A stretch of DNA of 63,596 bases, filler included, from Stramenopiles sp. TOSAG23-6 (lineage: Eukaryota): the NCBI GenBank assembly GCA_900128565.1. It is 14 parts of 14 records of this genome, joined end to end, with 100 filler letters (N's around TTAATTAATTAA, not from the genome) between each part and the next. Parts side by side here need not be neighbours in the genome. Positions count along the whole stretch, not along the records: positions 58,156 to 59,164 come from LT639967.1; positions 59,265 to 60,272 come from LT639968.1; positions 60,373 to 61,380 come from LT639969.1; positions 61,481 to 62,488 come from LT639970.1; positions 62,589 to 63,596 come from LT639971.1; 9 more parts are not named here. One strand, written 5' to 3'. Both the position numbers and the translations under genes were made by a program. This document shows, piece by piece, positions 58,209 to 63,596 of the stretch. The notes beneath the pieces were generated by a model. It was not told where the DNA came from. It saw nothing but the letters and a program-made list of their open reading frames with translations, and ran no database searches. Every line of letters starts with the position of its first letter. Within the stretch, counting starts at the first letter, position 1.

Positions 58209-59164
58209 ATGTTCTTCAGCTCCAAAATCAGTTTCGTTTTTCCATGAATCATCATCATTACTCATAACAGTGGTGTCACTACTATCTTCCCATGAATCCA
58301 GGCGACCATAATGACGTATACCCGGTAAATGTTCTCTATGTTTTATTGACAACCGACGTAGTTTAGTTTCACTTAAATGAGGTTCATTATTCATAATTTC
58401 TAAATGAGAGGATCTTTGTATTTTATGTTGCATCCGGGCCATTGGTATAGAGCAATCAACTTCAATCTTCCCCAAATGAACAAGTCTTTGTGTTGATACT
58501 GATGACTCTAATCGTGTTACACGGCTCCTCAATGATAATACTCTTTGTTCAAGACTACCAATGAGAAGCATTGCACGAATTTTTAAGCAATTTGCAGTGG
58601 ACCCATAAACTCTATTAGTATCTATACTATTACCATCATCTTGGAAATTTGATCTACTTTTTGTGCCACCAATACTAGCAGTAGTTTCTTCCAAAGGAAC
58701 TTTTAACTTACTTGTTTCTATTTCAGGTTCCATGCGAAGTCGCATACTTTGCAATGCGACACGAAAGCACACTGGATCTGTATCAGGACTATTTTCGGAA
58801 ACTAAATCATCACAAATATAGAGTGAAAGATCTCGCATTCCAAAACCTACTGACATTTGCCGAATTATTGCAGGAACATAAATTCCCTGACGACTCTTTT
58901 CTCTTGAATTTCTTTGATCTTTGTAACCCGATGTTTTGCGATGAAGCTTTTTATCTTGAGTATATTTATCATTACGTCGCCTTGAAGCATCCAACATTCT
59001 TCGGGGACCAAAACGCATTTGCGCAAATGCACCACCTTGGCGTAGCGGAATACCCTGACGTAAACCATCTATCGCTCTTTTTAGAGCTCGCATGGCACCT
59101 GTACTCGCAGTAAGTCTGACTCCAGATACTTGCGTTGAAATTTCACGAACTCTTCTACCTTCAG
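58209..59164 (-). CDS. Internal exon of a large unknown protein
   Basis: Long ORF bounded by a gap and by a family donor at 58208. Confidence 0.6.
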
Positions 59165-59264
59165 NNNNNNNNNNNNNNNNNNNNNNNNNNNNNNNNNNNN
59201 NNNNNNNNTTAATTAATTAANNNNNNNNNNNNNNNNNNNNNNNNNNNNNNNNNNNNNNNNNNNN

Positions 59265-60203
59265 AAATACTTAGAGCCAACTCGCGTTTTGATTCATATA
59301 CTGTATCTTTCGCTAGCCTTTTTTGAAATACCGTTTTGGATGAGGGAAAAATCTTCTGATGAATTGACGCAGTCACTTGAAAAATATAATTACTATACAC
59401 ATGGTCGAGAATATTGGTCTATGACGACTGTGAAATCCTTAGAATTTTGTTTATTACTTTTAGAAGCGTTTGGACTAGTATACTTTGGCTCGATAATTAA
59501 AAGTGAGGTAGTGTCAGAACATGCAACTAACGTGCAGAGCGCTGCTAGTAAAAATATGTCAGGTCAAGAGTCTATGTTCGTTTTCATCATTCATTTTATT
59601 TTTTTTCATAGTAAATGTTGTACCTAACGATTTTTTTTTACGAAAACGAAAAAAAATACATTTTTCACGATACATGAGCGGATTGGTACGGTTATGGCGA
59701 TTTTCACATTGGATATTTTTCGATGCAAGTGTTTTACTTATAGCTTTTATAGATTTATTTCTGTATTCCATTGATTTTTCTTCAGGATTTCTTGGTTCTC
59801 TAATTAGACCCATAATTTGGATTTTATTTATTCATGTATATTTTCATCATGAATTTTTTACCTACATTTTTTTTTTCATAGAAAATTTTGTACCTAACAT
59901 TTTTTTCTCTTTTTTAAAAATAATTTTATTTATTCATCCTGTACGACGAACAATGGGTTTTATAATTAGACTTTTTCGGAGAATTGCTGATGTCCTTTTA
60001 TTACTTTTTGCAGTAGTCGCAATGTTTGCTTGCTTCAGTTATTTCTTATTTAAACCCAAAAATGGAATTATCAATGATACAAACGAAGGCTTTGGTTTCT
60101 CATCATTTTGGGAATCATACAAAACTTTATTCAAGTGTGTAACACTTGTAAATTTTCCTGATTTTATGAATTCTGGATACGCAGAGTTCTCGTGGTTCCC
60201 TTT
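59265..60203 (+). CDS. Ion-transport domain protein (two-pore-channel-like) fragment; introns 59576-59675 and 59836-59937
   Basis: L.LAFFE.P.W; IRP helix; FSSFWESYKTLFKCVTLVNFPDFM pore motif. Confidence 0.75.
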
Positions 60204-60372
60204 GTACGTTTTCAAAATCGAATTTTGACTGTTTTTTTTTTTTCGTACGAAATTTTGTACCTAACAACTTTGNNNNNNNNNNNNNNNNNNNNNNNNNNNN
60301 NNNNNNNNNNNNNNNNTTAATTAATTAANNNNNNNNNNNNNNNNNNNNNNNNNNNNNNNNNNNNNNNNNNNN

Positions 60373-60425
<53 letters not shown>

Positions 60426-61520
60426 TTATGAATGAATGTAAAACATTAACATAAAAATAATTTGTAGCAAAATATTGTATTACAATGTATGTTAATTGCA
60501 AAATTGCACTATGCCATTGAACACAAAAGATCAAATGTCAAACAATTAAGAGATAAACTAGTCGACTTAAATTCTAAATTGACTCGATGCGATGTATGTT
60601 TTTTTTTTTTTCAACAAAAAAATTGATTTTTTTTTCGTACGTAATTTTGTACCTAACAATTTTTTTCAAATTTTTTTTGAAATATTTTTCCAAAATACAT
60701 GTACGAATTTTTAATGAATTTGCGAAACGTAGTAACAATATAAAATATGGAAGTCCTCCAAATTTAATTTCAACTCAGATGCGTTTTAAAAAAGGTGTTT
60801 CTTCAAGACGTTCAAAAAGTTCTAGAAGCTCAAAAAGTTCAAAACTTTCAAAAAGTGTAAAATATCGAAATAAATCCAAAAAAATATGATTTTTTTATTC
60901 TGGAACATACCTGCTCGAATTACTCTCTCTGAGACTGAGACTGAGAGAGTCATTCTGGGTAAGAAATCATCGATGAAAAGAAAAACAAGATAAAAAAAAC
61001 AAAAAAAACAAAAAAAACAAAAAACGTTGAATTTTTAAAAAATTGAATATAATAAAATCTTCAAACAAAAATTTCAAGACTTTTTTCTGTTTCAGTAGAA
61101 AATTTATTTTCAATGTTTACAATTTTTTAATTAGGTACAAAATTTCATACCAAACAAAAATTGTTATCCTATACTTTACATTATTTAAAAGTAGTTTATT
61201 GTTCCATTTTATCATCATTATCATCATCATTAATAAGATGTTGGTCCACATCATTTGTTTTGAAGAAATATTTCAAAAAAAAAAAAAATTAAATTTGTTA
61301 GGTACAAAATTTCGTACGAAAAAAAAAAAATATTTCAAAAAAAAAAAAACTTAAATTTGTTAGGTACAAAATTTCGTACGNNNNNNNNNNNNNNNNNNNN
61401 NNNNNNNNNNNNNNNNNNNNNNNNTTAATTAATTAANNNNNNNNNNNNNNNNNNNNNNNNNNNNNNNNNNNNNNNNNNNNTTTTTTTTTTTTTTTTTTTT
61501 CGTGTAAAAAAAAAATTACC

Positions 61521-61551
<31 letters not shown>

Positions 61552-61582
61552 TGAAATGTGAAATGTTTTTAAAAAAACGTAC

Positions 61583-62373
61583 ATATGATTATTAAATAAA
61601 TTTTGTAATTTTTCATTGGCAAAATTAATACATAATTGTTCAAGAGAATTAATTTGCATAATTTCAAAACCAAAAATATCTAAAATACCTATAAAATTTG
61701 ATGAATTATTATTATTACTTGGGGTAGGGTTAGGGTTATCAGTAGTAGGGTTAGGGTTATCAGTAGTAGGGTTAGGGTTTATATTATTTTGAGTGTGGTT
61801 TTGATGATTTGATGAATTTTCATATATTAAATGTTTTTCGTGTAGTATTTTGTTACACACTTCTTCCACAAGCCATGTAAAAATACGTTGATAAATATTC
61901 TTGACTAATGACATCGTATATAATATGATACAATATTTCAAAAAAAAATTTAATTTTTGTTAGGTACAAAATTTCGTACGAAAAAAATTTTCAAAAAAAC
62001 AAATTTCAAAAAAAATATAAAATTACATTTTCTCGTGCTTTTGAAATGGTACATAATTTATCTGTATATTTTGAATTTGGTAAATACAAACGATATATAC
62101 ATAATAAATGAGTCAAATCTGAGTCAAAGCCTAATAAGGAAAATGCTTGTTTGGCATTATTTACATTTTTGATTTTTGTTTTTTTTTCATTTTTTTTTGA
62201 ATTTTTTGAATTTTCTACATTTTTTTTTGAATTTTCTGTAAATTCTAAATGTAATAAATGTAATACACCCACAAGTACTTGCCATATAGTACTTTGTTGC
62301 TTCATAGACACACCAAAGTGTAATAATGCTGCACGTATGCCTGTCGCGTCAGGATCATTTTCAATAAATGGAT
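61583..62373 (-). CDS. Myosin motor domain fragment; intron 61918-62026
   Basis: [14 protein letters not shown] and [11 protein letters not shown]....[16 protein letters not shown]. Confidence 0.92.
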
Positions 62374-62456
62374 TATATATTGTAAAAAAATATTTTTTTT
62401 TTTTTTTTTTTTGAAAAAAATCGTTAGGTACAAAATTCCGTACGAAAAAAAAATTT

Positions 62457-62488
<32 letters not shown>

Positions 62489-62643
62489 NNNNNNNNNNNN
62501 NNNNNNNNNNNNNNNNNNNNNNNNNNNNNNNNTTAATTAATTAANNNNNNNNNNNNNNNNNNNNNNNNNNNNNNNNNNNNNNNNNNNNATTTCGTACCTA
62601 ACAAATTTAAGTTTTTTTTTTGAAATATTTTTCCAAAATACAT

Positions 62644-63596
62644 AATTATGGGAGGAGTAAATCATACAAGAAATACACTAGAAGTAAAGAGATTTTTTAA
62701 ATATATAGAAAATGGAAATTGGTATCAAGCCAAGAATTTACTGGAGGATATAACTGAAAAATATGTACAAGAATATCCAAATGATATAATACGCCCACCT
62801 AGTTGTAATGAATGGAAGAAATGTACCACAACTTTTATTGATATTGAGGGCGAAAAAAGAAAAAAAGGTGAATATTTTCGAGTAAATTCTGATGCAGCTC
62901 AAAACTATTTTGAACGTCATAAGCATAATTTTAAGGATGTACAATGTAAAACAAAATCGTTTTCGACCATTCTAGATGCTAGAGATTTAAAAGCACAAGG
63001 ACTGGTATATCACAATATAGATATAAACAAAATGAAGGAAGGACTGTCCCGTTTTGAAACTACAGAACATTACTATCAACATATACATAATGTAATCTAA
63101 TGAAAAAACAATTTTTATTTTAAAATATTTCCTCACGATGCATGATAATAGGACAATTGAGAGACTTGTACTGAAAAAACGCAGGTATAGGTTTTTTGAT
63201 AGTAAAGAGACAATTATTCGACGTATTGCTGATCCAAAATTCCTAAATTCCATTTGTAATGATCGTCCAATATTTATGCGTTTGAAAAGCAAAATAGATC
63301 CTATATTCATTGCTAACATTTGTCTTGAAATATCCAAATCCAAAGAATCTAATTTGGATGAAGATGATCCAGGAAAGTTTCCATCTCCGCCAGGGGTTGC
63401 TTTAATTAGTCGTAATATGCATACGGAGTTATTGTTTAACGCTTCACATAATGAAGAGGTGTCTCCTAGGTTAATTGAGATGCTGATCCAACTTGGGGCT
63501 GATGTCAATCATGGTAATTCAACAGGCTTTCCCCCATTATTGGTTGCTTCATTGAGAGGTCATGTGGAAGTAGTTGCAAAACTTCTCAAAGCTAAA
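62644..63596 (+). CDS. Ankyrin-repeat-containing protein fragment; 52-bp intron 63092-63143
   Basis: Intron removal joins HIHN|DNRTIERL...; ends LGADVNHG...GFPPLLVASLRGHVEVVAKLL at the window edge. Confidence 0.7.

Noticed and set aside
6319-62640. Repeated motif as CRISPR repeats or a conserved peptide ([22 protein letters not shown])
   Set aside because: The context is eukaryotic, copies are dispersed rather than arrayed with spacers, and the peptides are simply read-through translations of the intron core in three frames.
1-63596. Stop-codon reassignment explaining broken ORFs
   Set aside because: TAA, TAG and TGA each terminate ORFs at plausible ends, long conserved genes have no in-frame stops, and the breaks coincide with the elements.

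Overview
AT-rich eukaryotic nuclear DNA from a gene-dense protist genome. It is probably a flagellated heterotroph (DNAAF4 is present); a stramenopile-like affinity is only an inference. The window is many short contigs joined by an artificial N-TTAATTAATTAA-N linker, so neighbours across linkers are not syntenic. Recognisable genes include eRF3, ADP/ATP carrier, VPS36, DPAGT1/ALG7, bleomycin hydrolase, p24/TMED, HAD-IIA phosphatase, a SnRK/CIPK-like kinase, a 3-repeat Myb, LOG, DNAAF4, myosin and ion-channel fragments, and tRNA-Thr(UGU). The main discovery is a family of roughly 40 related elements of about 95-130 bp: T|GTAYGTTTT ... TTTCGTACGAAATTTTGTACCTAAC ... TTGAAATATTTTTC(C/A)AAATAC-NN|. 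They interrupt conserved genes in sense orientation, and removing them restores the reading frame. They mostly end in AT, TT, GT, CT or AC rather than AG, and two also lack the 5' GT. They have 2-bp target-site-like duplications and short terminal inverted repeats. This looks like an introner (transposon-derived intron) burst in an organism whose splicing appears not to need a 3' AG. Splicing is inferred from protein frame restoration, not from RNA.
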